A stretch of 64,000 nt of DNA from Phycisphaerae bacterium. Its GTDB lineage: Bacteria > Planctomycetota > Phycisphaerae > UBA1845. Made by a program: the position numbers and the translations under genes. Every line of letters begins with the position of its first letter. Within the stretch, counting starts at the first letter, position 1. Location: the NCBI GenBank assembly GCA_022072505.1, contig JAJVHU010000049.1, positions 36,915 to 100,914 of the forward strand. The letters run 5' to 3'. Shown one piece after another: positions 18,427-26,942 of this stretch. A model generated the notes under the pieces. That model worked only from the letters and a program-made list of their open reading frames with translations, did no database searches and had not been told where the DNA came from.

Positions 18427-19380
18427 ATGCCCGCTGAACGCATCGCATCGCTGCTGGCCGCGGGAACCGAGATCGTCGCCGAACTCGGTCTCCTCGATCG
18501 TCTGGTGGCGATCAGCCACGAGTGCGACCGTCCGGCGCACGCGATGTCGCGCCCCCGCGTCACGCGCACGCGCATCGACCCGTCGCGCGACAGCGCCGAC
18601 GTGGACCGTCAGGTCCGCGCCGCCCTCGCCGCCGGGCTGCCGCTTTACGACATCGACCTTGACGCCCTCGTCCGCCTCGCGCCGGATCTCATCCTCACGC
18701 AGGCGCATTGCGACGTCTGCGCCGTCGATCTCCGCGCCGTGCAGACCGCCGTCGCAGCCGCACCCGGTCTGCAAGCCGCGACCGTCGTCTCGCTGAACCC
18801 GGTCTCGCTCGCGGACATGCTCGCCGACCTCCAGCGCGTCGCCGACGCCGCCGGCGCGACCGAAGCGGGACACGCGGCGGTCGACCGCCTTCAAACCCGC
18901 ATCAACGCCGTCGGAACCCGCACCGCGCCACGACCCGACGCCGATCGACCTCGCGTCGCCTGCATCGAGTGGGTCGAACCCCTGATGATCGCCGCCAACT
19001 GGATGCCCGAACTCGTGCAGTGGGCCGGCGGGCAGTGCTCCTTGACCCATCCCGGCGAGCGAAGTCGCGTCACCCGGTGGGAGGACGTGGTCGCCTTCGA
19101 TCCCGAAGTGATCGTCGTCATGCCCTGCGGGTTCGATCTTGATCGCGCCGTGCAAGAGGCGGCGACGCTTTCCCGTCTTCCGGGCTGGCGTCGCACGTCG
19201 GCCGTCAGGTCCGGCCGCGTTTACGCCGCCGACGGCAACCGTTACTTCAACCGGTCCGGACCGGGCCTGGTGGACAGTCTCGAACTGCTGACCGCCCTGC
19301 TGAACCACGCAGGGGCGACGGAGACAGACGCCCGCTTCACCGGCGCGGTTGCCCCGCTGTCGGGCGCTTTCACGGCGTGA
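18427..19380 (+). CDS. Periplasmic-binding-protein type 2 (BtuF/cobalamin or siderophore-binding-like) protein lacking an obvious signal peptide
   Basis: RIASLLAAGTEIVAELGLLDRLVAISHECD, PDLILTQ and FNRSGPGLVDSLELL are typical of Peripla_BP_2 proteins. Confidence 0.7.
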   Translation: MPAERIASLLAAGTEIVAELGLLDRLVAISHECDRPAHAMSRPRVTRTRIDPSRDSADVDRQVRAALAAGLPLYDIDLDALVRLAPDLILTQAHCDVCAVDLRAVQTAVAAAPGLQAATVVSLNPVSLADMLADLQRVADAAGATEAGHAAVDRLQTRINAVGTRTAPRPDADRPRVACIEWVEPLMIAANWMPELVQWAGGQCSLTHPGERSRVTRWEDVVAFDPEVIVVMPCGFDLDRAVQEAATLSRLPGWRRTSAVRSGRVYAADGNRYFNRSGPGLVDSLELLTALLNHAGATETDARFTGAVAPLSGAFTA

Positions 19381-19532
19381 GGCGTTCTCAGGTTGCTGCG
19401 AACGCGACCCGGTATTTGTGAAACGCAACGTCCCGTGACAGACTTGCCGAACCACGATCGTAAGGAGGCGATGCCGTGCAATGCTTGCGGAAACCGCGCG
19501 GAAACGTGTTTATCACCGGAAACCGCAAAACC

Positions 19533-19557
19533 CCGCTTCCTCACGGGCGCGGCTCGG
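19533..19557 (+). repeat. Copy of the dispersed core motif CTTCC-N-ACGGGCGCGGCTCGG
   Basis: CCGCTTCCTCACGGGCGCGGCTCGG. Other copies are at 122-149, 411-435, 20971-20997(-), 21676-21702, 30832-30858(-), 32426-32452(-) and 39595-39626(-). Confidence 0.8.
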
Positions 19558-19600
19558 TGGAACGTCGGTCAACGAGGGCTGAGGCGGTACACTGCCGGAC

Positions 19601-20170
19601 ATGACTTCGCTTTTGTTCGAGAACCCGGTGCGGTGGGTGGTGTTGTCCGTCGGCGCGCTGGTCGTCGCGGCGGCGATCGCCCGCGTTCGCCCGACCCGGC
19701 GAACCGGACGCGCGGTCCTTGTCGTGGCAGCCGCGGGACTGGCCGGACTCGTGCTTCAACTGACCGTGCAAACCGCGCGCGAGCGACTGATCGCCGTCTG
19801 CATCGAGATGGCCGGCGACGTCGAACGCGGCGACCTGGACCGGCTGGCCGACCGCCTCGACGCCTCCCTGACCGCCGAAGGGATGGACCGCGAGCGCTTC
19901 CTCGACGCCGCCCGTCGCACCCTGACGCACTATCATCCCGAGGAGCCGCGGTTGGCGCGGTTCGAGGTGACGCTCGCAGCGGAGGACCGCGCCGTCGTCG
20001 TGTTCGACGCAACCTGCCGCGTCGTGACGAGTTCACAGGTGCTGGATCGGATCCTGACGCGCTGGAGACTGGGTTTCATACAAGACGGCGACGAGTGGCG
20101 CGTCCGGCGCATCGAGATGCTGCCGACGCCCAACTCGCCTCTGTCGAAACTGTCGGACGTGCTTCCCTGA
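19601..20170 (+). CDS. Hypothetical membrane-anchored protein
   Basis: Two N-terminal hydrophobic segments (WVVLSVGALVVAAAIA and AVLVVAAAGLAGLVL), then a soluble domain of about 120 aa. I recognise no motif. Confidence 0.5.
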   Translation: MTSLLFENPVRWVVLSVGALVVAAAIARVRPTRRTGRAVLVVAAAGLAGLVLQLTVQTARERLIAVCIEMAGDVERGDLDRLADRLDASLTAEGMDRERFLDAARRTLTHYHPEEPRLARFEVTLAAEDRAVVVFDATCRVVTSSQVLDRILTRWRLGFIQDGDEWRVRRIEMLPTPNSPLSKLSDVLP

Positions 20171-20181
20171 TCGCACCGCCG

Positions 20182-20955
20182 ATGTCACGACTCAAACGCA
20201 AAATGTCCGTCATCGTTCCGACCTGCCGCGAGGCCGCGAACCTCGAGGAGCTGGTCCGCCGCCTTTTCACCGCGATCCGCGGCTCGGGCTGGGACGCGGA
20301 ACTCATCGTCGTGGACGACGACTCCCGCGACGGCACGACCGAACTTGTCGAGCGCCTTCGCCGCGAGTTCGACGTGCGCTGCATCACGCGCGTCGGTCGG
20401 CGCGGCCTCTCGACCGCGGTGATCGAGGGACTCGACGCCGCCCGGCACGAGGTTCTCGTCGTGATGGATGCGGACCTTCAGCATCCGCCCGAACTCGTCC
20501 CCATCCTGGCGGCGGCGGTCGAGGAGGGCGGTGCGGATTTCGTCCTCGCCTCTCGTTACACCGAGGGCGGAGGCATCGCGGAGAACTGGTCGTGGGTCCG
20601 CCGGTTGGCGAGCCGGACGGCCTGCCTTCTGGCCCGCGGTCTGACGCGCGTTTCCGATCCGATGTCCGGTTTCTTCGCCCTTCCGCGCAAAACCTACGCC
20701 CGCGCCGCCGTCCTTTCTCCCATCGGATACAAGATCGCCCTGGAACTCATCGTCAAGTGCGGAAGCCCCTCCGTCGCGGAAATTCCCTTCCGTTTCGACC
20801 TGCGACGCCACGGCGAAAGCAAGTTCTCGCTCCGTGAGCAGGTCAACTACGCGCGACACCTGATGAGGTTGTACGCCTTTCGGCACGGCGGGAAGCTGAC
20901 GGCGGTCGTCACCGCCCTGATCCTCCTTTCCGCGGTCCTTGCCGTGATCTTCTAA
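20182..20955 (+). CDS. GT2 polyprenol-phosphate mannosyl/glycosyltransferase (Dpm1/Ppm1-like)
   Basis: MSVIVPTCREAANL, LIVVDDDSRDGT, VVMDADLQHPP, SRYTEGGG and DPMSGFF, with a C-terminal TM helix. The track ORF 19393..20955 has a spurious N-terminal extension. Confidence 0.85.
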   Translation: MSRLKRKMSVIVPTCREAANLEELVRRLFTAIRGSGWDAELIVVDDDSRDGTTELVERLRREFDVRCITRVGRRGLSTAVIEGLDAARHEVLVVMDADLQHPPELVPILAAAVEEGGADFVLASRYTEGGGIAENWSWVRRLASRTACLLARGLTRVSDPMSGFFALPRKTYARAAVLSPIGYKIALELIVKCGSPSVAEIPFRFDLRRHGESKFSLREQVNYARHLMRLYAFRHGGKLTAVVTALILLSAVLAVIF

Positions 20956-21060
20956 GACGCTGTTTCAAAACCGAGCCGCGCCCGTAAGGAAGCGTTCTTT
21001 TTCCCATCTGCACCGGCGGTGTTGCAACAGCGTCTAACCCCCCAGCGATCTTCTAACCCC

Positions 21061-21160
21061 CCGTTGGAGAAAGGTAGCGCGTCTCTCCGAGACGCGAATC
21101 TCACCGGGAAAAACCGACATCTCAAAGACCGGTGGCGAGTTCATCAACAGGCGGTCAACC
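21061..21160 (+). repeat. Copy 1 of a ~100-nt dispersed element (hairpin + CCGGGAAAAACC + ...GAGTTCATCAACAGGC)
   Basis: Aligns with 44515-44615 and 45661-45758, all in the same orientation. The 8-bp stem CGCGTCTC/GAGACGCG lies at 21078-21096. Confidence 0.7.
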
Positions 21161-21371
21161 CCGAAAGGGGCGCCGGAGCACCGCCCAGCACGCCAGTGCT
21201 GGGAACCCCGCGCGGGAGAAACGAAGTCCCGGAGGGACGAAAGAGACCTTGCAAGAACGCAAGCGCGTTGCGCCACCGTTCGACTGACCCGTCGCGCGCC
21301 GCGTTTCTCGACGAACCCTGAAGCCGGCACGGTGCGCCGCGTTTCTCGACCCCAACGGGGTCGTGTCCGCC

Positions 21372-21408
21372 AGCCCAGGGTAGGTCGCCGCAGGCGACCT
21401 ACCCTGGG
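21372..21408. repeat. Perfect 16-bp-stem palindrome
   Basis: CCCAGGGTAGGTCGCC-GCA-GGCGACCTACCCTGGG. It is flanked by CGACCCCAACGGGGTCG-type and GCAACCCCAACGGGGTTGC-type hairpins. Confidence 0.8.
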
Positions 21409-21860
21409 GAACCGAGGAGCGTTCAATCCGCAACCCCAACGGGGTTGCGGCGTCCGGGGCCATGCTTACAACCCGGAGCCACGCTTCAACCCGGCGCAAC
21501 CCCGTTGGGGTTGGTCGAGGGGGATCGCCGCGAACCCAAGGTAGGCCGCCTTCGGCGTCCAACCTTGGGCTGGAGGACGCAATCCCTTCGGGATTGAGGC
21601 GAACGCGCCTGACGATCGCGCGGAACCTTCAGGATTAAGACACTGTTGCAAAACCGCCGGTGCAGACGGGAAAAAGAACGCTTCCTGACGGGCGCGGCTC
21701 AGTTTTGAAACAAGCGTCTAAGGCGAATGCGCCTGACGATCCTGCGGGGCCGTCGGGACTGAAACGAATGCGTCCGGCAATCATCCGGGACCGTCGGCGA
21801 AGCGTGTTGCACCGGAGTCAAAGGGAGACTCAGGACGCGCCGTTCACCCGTCGTAAAAAC

Positions 21861-21910
21861 GACCCGACCGACGCCTGAATCAGGCGTCGGTCGGGTCTTC
21901 TTCGCTTCTT
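21861..21910. terminator. Bidirectional intrinsic terminator
   Basis: 17-bp stem GACCCGACCGACGCCTG-AAT-CAGGCGTCGGTCGGGTC. TTCTTCGCTTCTT follows on the + strand and GTTTTTA follows on the - strand. It lies about 190 nt downstream of the minus-strand stop at 22084. Confidence 0.7.
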
Positions 21911-22083
21911 GGATCGCTCAGTTCCGCACGGGGATCCACACGATCCACCTCGGTACTATTCAAATCGGGATCGGTTTCAAACGAACTCGAACTTCGAACC
22001 CACTTCCGAAGTCGTCACCTGGGGGGGCGTCACGTGGACGCCCCCTCAGGCAACGGTTACTCACACATCAAAGCATTGACCGA

Positions 22084-23016
22084 CTACCGGCAACGCTTGC
22101 AGTCCCGCGGCGGGATGTCGCAGCCGACCAGATCCGCGCTGACCTTGCAGGCCGCGCCGTTCGGGCAGGCGTTGAATCCACGCAGACGGCTCGCGCAATC
22201 GTTGCTGTCACGGCACTCGTTCGTGCAGATCAGGTCGCCACGGACGTACGGGCAGGTGTCGCACACCGTGCCGCACAGGTTGGCCTTGTTCTTGACCTTG
22301 CTGACCTGATAGATGCAGCGCGGGGTCGGCGGGCCGGCCGGCTTGCCGAGAACCTCGATCGCGTTCGACGACGGAGCGCCGAACAACGTCGAAGCCGGAA
22401 CCGCGCACGGGAACCCGAAGAACGCCGACACGAACCACGTCTCCTTGCGACCGTTCAGCGGGGTCGTCAGGATGAAGCTCTGGCCGGACACCGTCACCGC
22501 GCGAACGCCGAAGTAGTACTTGCCGGCGGGCAGGGTCACCGGGTCCGGGAGGACCAGCGTGTACCGCCACGCGTTACGACCGAACAGGAAGTCGATCGGA
22601 CCCTGGCGGGTGTTCGTCAGATCCCGACCGGCAGCAACCGTATTGCTGTCATCGGCGCAGCCGTTCTCAACCGTGCTGGCTTCCCAGATCGCAAAGTCGT
22701 CCGTGCCCGCCCAGTCACCGTCGGTATTGTCGACGGTCACCCAGTTGAAGCCCTGGATTTCGACGTCTTCCGGGAACTCGCAGTTGATCATGGTCCAGGC
22801 TTCCAGACCGTCCGGACGACGCTGGGCAACGTAACCGTTGACGCGGTCGTAGTTCAGGTCACCGCAAAGCACGTCCATCGGGTCCACCGTATCCGGAGGC
22901 GGAACGAGGTCCGACTTCGGCGCCGGGATCCCGGACGGGTTGACCTGCATCAGGTCTTCGGCGACCACCGGCATCGCCAGCAGCCCCAGCATAAGCAGAC
23001 AAAGCATTTTCTTCAT
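22084..23016 (-). CDS. Secreted hypothetical protein with a 12-Cys C-terminal module
   Basis: MKKMLCLLMLGLLAMPVVAED is a signal peptide. ATG at 23016 has GGAGGA 8 nt upstream. The last ~80 aa contain 12 Cys. The gene looks somewhat less GC-rich than its neighbours. Confidence 0.7.
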   Translation of the reverse strand: MKKMLCLLMLGLLAMPVVAEDLMQVNPSGIPAPKSDLVPPPDTVDPMDVLCGDLNYDRVNGYVAQRRPDGLEAWTMINCEFPEDVEIQGFNWVTVDNTDGDWAGTDDFAIWEASTVENGCADDSNTVAAGRDLTNTRQGPIDFLFGRNAWRYTLVLPDPVTLPAGKYYFGVRAVTVSGQSFILTTPLNGRKETWFVSAFFGFPCAVPASTLFGAPSSNAIEVLGKPAGPPTPRCIYQVSKVKNKANLCGTVCDTCPYVRGDLICTNECRDSNDCASRLRGFNACPNGAACKVSADLVGCDIPPRDCKRCR

Positions 23017-23441
23017 AACTGTTTCCTCCGACATCTCCATGAAAAAATGAAACCAAGAACCCCGATTGGTTCTTGTGAACCGAGCATAGGAACGCTTCCT
23101 CACTCCCCCCGAACACGCCGCACCTTCCGACTTCACTCGTCCAGGTCCGTGCGCGAGCAGCGCTTTGAATTGCCCCCCTTGCTGCTCGTTAGTCAAGGTA
23201 CACGGGTCAGCCCATGAAAGTCAAGCGTTTTCTTGAGAGGATTTTGCGTCGCATATGGGTTTAGCTGAACGTCCCATAAGACGGGCCTGAGATGAATCAG
23301 ATCGTGAATAAATCTGGACGTGTGACTGAAACGCCGCTTTGGACCAACCCCCCTGCTTCCCGGCGGACCGAACCTCTCATCCCGCTGAACGCCCTTTCAG
23401 ATCCAACGGTGGTATTTCATCACTCCAACCCACCCGCGCGG

Positions 23442-23469
23442 TTTACGCCCTGCGTCTCTCTGGTAGAAT
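23442..23469 (+). promoter_or_regulatory. Sigma70-like promoter candidate for the DUF1844 gene
   Basis: TTTACG, 16 nt, then TAGAAT with an upstream TG (TGGTAGAAT). It lies about 75 nt upstream of the GTG at 23545. Confidence 0.3.
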
Positions 23470-23544
23470 GATCTTCGTTGCCGCGACCCGAACGATCGAT
23501 TTCAAGGTCGGGCTTTCGCAAGAACCATCCTAAGGACCACGCAG

Positions 23545-23973
23545 GTGCCCGATCAACCGGACCAGAAGCTCATCATCGACTCCGACTGGAAGGCGGAGGC
23601 TCAACGGGAGAAGGAACGCCTCGCCGAGACGGAGCAAAAAGCCTCTCAATCCGGCGGCGCAGCGCACGAACCGCGCTTCGCCGACCTGCTCAACCTGCTG
23701 GTCATGCAGGTGATGGCTTCGCTTGGCGGGATGGTCGGTCCCGGCGGACAGGCGATGCCGCCGGACCTCGCCGCCGCGCGCTATTTCATCGACCTGGTCG
23801 AGTACCTGGGGCGCAAAACCCAGGGCAACCTCTCCCCGGAAGAGAAGAACCTTCTGGACCAGGTGCTCTACGAGCTTCGGATGGAGTTCGTGCGCCTGAC
23901 CGGCATGATGGCGCCGCCGGCGCCCGCGCCGCAGGGCGCTGCGAAATCGGGGGGGCTCGCCGCCGACCGCTGA
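23545..23973 (+). CDS. DUF1844 domain protein
   Basis: FADLLNLLVMQVMASLGG...AARYFIDLVEYLGRKTQGNLSPEEKNLLDQVLYELRMEFV matches the DUF1844 pattern as I remember it. Confidence 0.7.
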   Translation: MPDQPDQKLIIDSDWKAEAQREKERLAETEQKASQSGGAAHEPRFADLLNLLVMQVMASLGGMVGPGGQAMPPDLAAARYFIDLVEYLGRKTQGNLSPEEKNLLDQVLYELRMEFVRLTGMMAPPAPAPQGAAKSGGLAADR

Positions 23974-24034
23974 ACCTACGCGCGACCAGGGCGCGGCGGA
24001 CCTGTTCCCTCGCCGGTGACCGGGCATCGCACAC

Positions 24035-25243
24035 ATGCCGCTGATACCGATCCGAACCGAGTCGCCCGTCAAGCGCAAACCCTGGGCCAACATCGCCCTG
24101 ATCGCGCTGAACGCCTTCGTGTTCGCCGCGCACGCCCTGCCGCTGGGAGCGTGGGCCGACCGCGTCGAACGCGCCATGGCCCTTCAGACGCTCGCCCCCG
24201 CGACCTGGCAGTTCCTCACCTATCAGTTCGCCCACGCCAACCTGACGCACCTGCTGGGCAACCTCGTCTTCCTCTGGGTGTTCGGCAACAGCGTCAACGG
24301 CAAGCTCGGACACGGACCGTATGTCCTGTTCTATCTCGCCGGCGGGGTGTTCGCCGCCCTGGGCTACGCCCTGCTCGACGACCAGGGGACCGTGTTGATC
24401 GGCGCCTCCGGTGCGATCGCCGCGGTGACGACGGCCTACCTCGTGCTGTTCCCGCGCAGTCACGTGCTGATCCTCTCGCTGATCGTCCTGATCGGCGTGT
24501 TCCGCATCCCCGCGATGATCCTGATCCTCGTGAAGATCATCCTCTGGGACAATGTCGTCGCGCAGTGGCTGGACCCCGACACGCGGGTCGCGCACACGGC
24601 GCACCTGGCGGGTTATCTTTTCGGATTCGTCGCCGGGCTGGCGCTGCTGGCGGCGCGCGCCGTGGCTCGGGATCATTACGACCTGCTGTCGCTGTGGGAC
24701 CGCGCCCACCGGCGGTTCGTCTGGCGCAAGGCCGTCGCGGAGTTCTCCGCCCCGCAGCGCGGGCTCGACGGCCGGATCATCCCCAAGGCCGTCGCGCAGG
24801 CTCGATCTCCTGAGGCGTCGGCGGCGCTGGACCGGATCGCCGAGGGGCGCGAGCACATCCGCGAAAAACTGGCGGCGGGCGACACGACGGGCGCCTGTGA
24901 CGCACATCAGGCGCTCGTGTCGATCGACCCGCAGCAATGTCTGGCCGAACGCGAGCAGCTTCTGATCGCGCGAGGCTACTACGCCCAGGGGCGCATGGCG
25001 CAGGCCGCCGCGGCGTTCGAGCGGTTCCTGGCCACCTATCGCGACTCCTCCGAGGCGCCGGGCGTGGCGCTCCTGCTGGGGATCATCCTCGCCCGTGACC
25101 TGATGAACTGGTCCGCGGCGCAGCGCATCCTGTCGGCCTGGGCGGAACGCATGCCCGACGCCGCCCGCGAAGCCCAGCTCCAGACCTGGCTCGCCGAAGC
25201 GCGCCGCGAAGCATCCGCGACGTGCAAGTCAAAATCGCGGTGA
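24035..25243 (+). CDS. Rhomboid-family intramembrane serine protease with a C-terminal TPR-like extension
   Basis: HLLGNLVFLWVFG, GASGAIAAV (catalytic Ser) and HLAGYLFGF (catalytic His). The C-terminal ~150 aa are helical-repeat-like. Confidence 0.85.
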   Translation: MPLIPIRTESPVKRKPWANIALIALNAFVFAAHALPLGAWADRVERAMALQTLAPATWQFLTYQFAHANLTHLLGNLVFLWVFGNSVNGKLGHGPYVLFYLAGGVFAALGYALLDDQGTVLIGASGAIAAVTTAYLVLFPRSHVLILSLIVLIGVFRIPAMILILVKIILWDNVVAQWLDPDTRVAHTAHLAGYLFGFVAGLALLAARAVARDHYDLLSLWDRAHRRFVWRKAVAEFSAPQRGLDGRIIPKAVAQARSPEASAALDRIAEGREHIREKLAAGDTTGACDAHQALVSIDPQQCLAEREQLLIARGYYAQGRMAQAAAAFERFLATYRDSSEAPGVALLLGIILARDLMNWSAAQRILSAWAERMPDAAREAQLQTWLAEARREASATCKSKSR

Positions 25244-25369
25244 CCCGCAAACCCTCCGTTAAACCGGCACGCCGACTGTCTCATTCTGTGCGAAACGGTA
25301 CACCGCGTCGGCGGGTCTGATCCTCAAAAAGGTCGCGGCTGTTTGTCGACGAACTTGCAACTCGGGACG

Positions 25370-25753
25370 CTAGGCGTCGGGGAAGGCGGACGGCGAGGCG
25401 CCGATTTCGATGATGCTGCACGCCAGGATCGGATCGAGCCCGAGCTTATGCGCCTCGGCGACCAGGGCGTCGCTTTCCGCGCCGGGGTTGACGAAAAACT
25501 CCTCCGGCGCGGCGGCGGCGATGTCATCGAGGACCGTCATGCCCAACGCAGGCGGAAGATAAAGCGTCACCCGGCGCAAAGGCCTCGGCGCGTTGCGCAC
25601 GCTCCGCAGAACGGGAAGCCCCTCGATCAGGCCTCCCTTCGGATTCACCGGATACACCGTCCACCCGCGCGACAGATAAGCCCGCACGGCCTTGTTGCTG
25701 TACTTCGCGCGATCCGCGGACGCGCCGACGACGGCGACGGTTTGCAGGGTCAT
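25370..25753 (-). CDS. CoA-binding domain protein (YccU/YneT-like)
   Basis: VAVVGASADRAKYSNKAVRAYLSRGWTVYPVNP...FFVNPGAES. Confidence 0.85.
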   Translation of the reverse strand: MTLQTVAVVGASADRAKYSNKAVRAYLSRGWTVYPVNPKGGLIEGLPVLRSVRNAPRPLRRVTLYLPPALGMTVLDDIAAAAPEEFFVNPGAESDALVAEAHKLGLDPILACSIIEIGASPSAFPDA

Positions 25754-25815
25754 GGATTTCCCGATCTATCAAGCCAGGGTTCCCCGGAATTCATCGAGCC
25801 GGGGTTCCCCGGAAT

Positions 25816-26120
25816 CCTGAATCTCCACCTGACTCCGGTTGTGACATGCCCCCGAGCGTCATCCGAAGATCCTCCGAGCGTCCTCCGAAAACCGTAGCCC
25901 CGGAAGGGGCGCCAGACAACAGCCCAGCACGCCAGTGCTGGGAACCTGTCGCCGAGGATCCGGAAGTCCCGGAGGGACGACAGAAGTCCCGGAGGGACGA
26001 CAGAAGTCCCGGAGGGAAGGAAAATCACCGCGCCGATCCCCCGTCCCTCCCGAGCATGACCGCACGCCACAACGACAGACATCCCGAGCCCCGAACACCG
26101 GAATCAAGTGGAGACTCAGG
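25816..26120. mobile_element. MITE-like non-autonomous element (~305 bp) with ~24-bp terminal inverted repeats
   Basis: The left end CCTGAATCTCCACCTGACTCCGGT (25816-25839) is the reverse complement of the right end CACCGGAATCAAGTGGAGACTCAGG (26096-26120). The interior holds the CCCAGCAC-GCCA-GTGCTGGG hairpin (25923-25942) and three copies of the 20-bp unit GAAGTCCCGGAGGGACGACA (25963-26022). There is no ORF. Confidence 0.55.
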
Positions 26121-26123
26121 TTT

Positions 26124-26879
26124 TCAAGATATGATCCGACCGTTTTGGGGTAGGTTCTCGTCCCTATCCGCCTCCGCGCCCTGCGGACGAAGTTGGCCGA
26201 AGGGACTGGCCGTCCGTGTCCTCCCGGGAACCAGGTGGGCCGCGCTCAGCACCGGACAGCCCTGATCGAAGTCCTCGTCCAGTGCCGCAAGCGTCAGAAA
26301 CGTCGCCGAGGCGCCCGCCTGCGTCAGCCGCTTCGCCGTCGCCATCCCCTGACCGATGCCCACCGCGGGAATCCCGGCGCCCGCGGCCGCTTGCACCAGC
26401 GCCGGCGTCGCCGCGCAGACCAGGGTCTTCCCCTCCATCAGATGCAACTCACGCAGTTGGGCCGGACGCAGATGCGGTTGCGCGGGCAGCCCCAGCATGC
26501 GCGTGAAGAACTCCGACAACTTCTCCCGATCCAGGACGCGCTGCCGCGCCGCCTTGTTGGCTCCGACCGTGACCAGCACAAGCTCCGCGCGACGCTTCAA
26601 CCCGATCAAGGCGATCCCCGTCTCCGCCTGCGCCGCGCAGAGATCGAGGCACTCGTCCGACTCGCATCGCGCCTCGAACCGCCGGACGAACTCGGGAACC
26701 TTCGACGCCGCCGCGCCCGGAACCCACCGCCCCGCCGGATCCCCGACGCGAAACCGCCGCCAGAATTCAGCCCGGTCCAGACGGGGCACGCCCGTTTCGC
26801 CCGCGGCCCCGGCGTACGCCGACCAGACCGCCGGCTCGACATCCACCACCGGACCGTCCATCTCCAGGATCAGACGCAC
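26124..26879 (-). CDS. HAD-superfamily-like protein with Glu in place of the motif-I nucleophile Asp
   Basis: The N-terminus LILEMDGPVVD aligns to hhhDxDGxxxD with E for the first D. The later LVLVTVGAN and AGIPAVGIGQG resemble HAD motifs II-IV. It sits 63 nt downstream of kmo on the same strand. Confidence 0.55.
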   Translation of the reverse strand: MRLILEMDGPVVDVEPAVWSAYAGAAGETGVPRLDRAEFWRRFRVGDPAGRWVPGAAASKVPEFVRRFEARCESDECLDLCAAQAETGIALIGLKRRAELVLVTVGANKAARQRVLDREKLSEFFTRMLGLPAQPHLRPAQLRELHLMEGKTLVCAATPALVQAAAGAGIPAVGIGQGMATAKRLTQAGASATFLTLAALDEDFDQGCPVLSAAHLVPGRTRTASPFGQLRPQGAEADRDENLPQNGRIIS

Positions 26880-26942
26880 GCTGAAACTCCTCCGTTCAAC
26901 AGGATCAGCGTCGAACGCGGACCGCGACGCAGGAAGCCTGAC

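Larger units (their letters stand above)
20953..21720. mobile_element. MITE-like composite: two inverted copies of an ~83-bp unit bracketing a ~600-bp repeat mosaic
   Basis: Unit L (20953-21037) and unit R (21637-21720) are reverse complements with only a few mismatches over about 85 bp. Each unit itself ends in inverted TAAGACGCTGTT...AACAGCGTCTAA. The interior has no credible ORF. Confidence 0.45.

Noticed and set aside
19393-20181. N-terminal 263 codons of the 520-aa ORF 19393..20955.
   Set aside because: It is Arg/Pro-rich nonsense overlapping the better-supported 19601..20170 frame. The GT2 domain begins at MSRLKRKMSVIVPT (ATG 20182).
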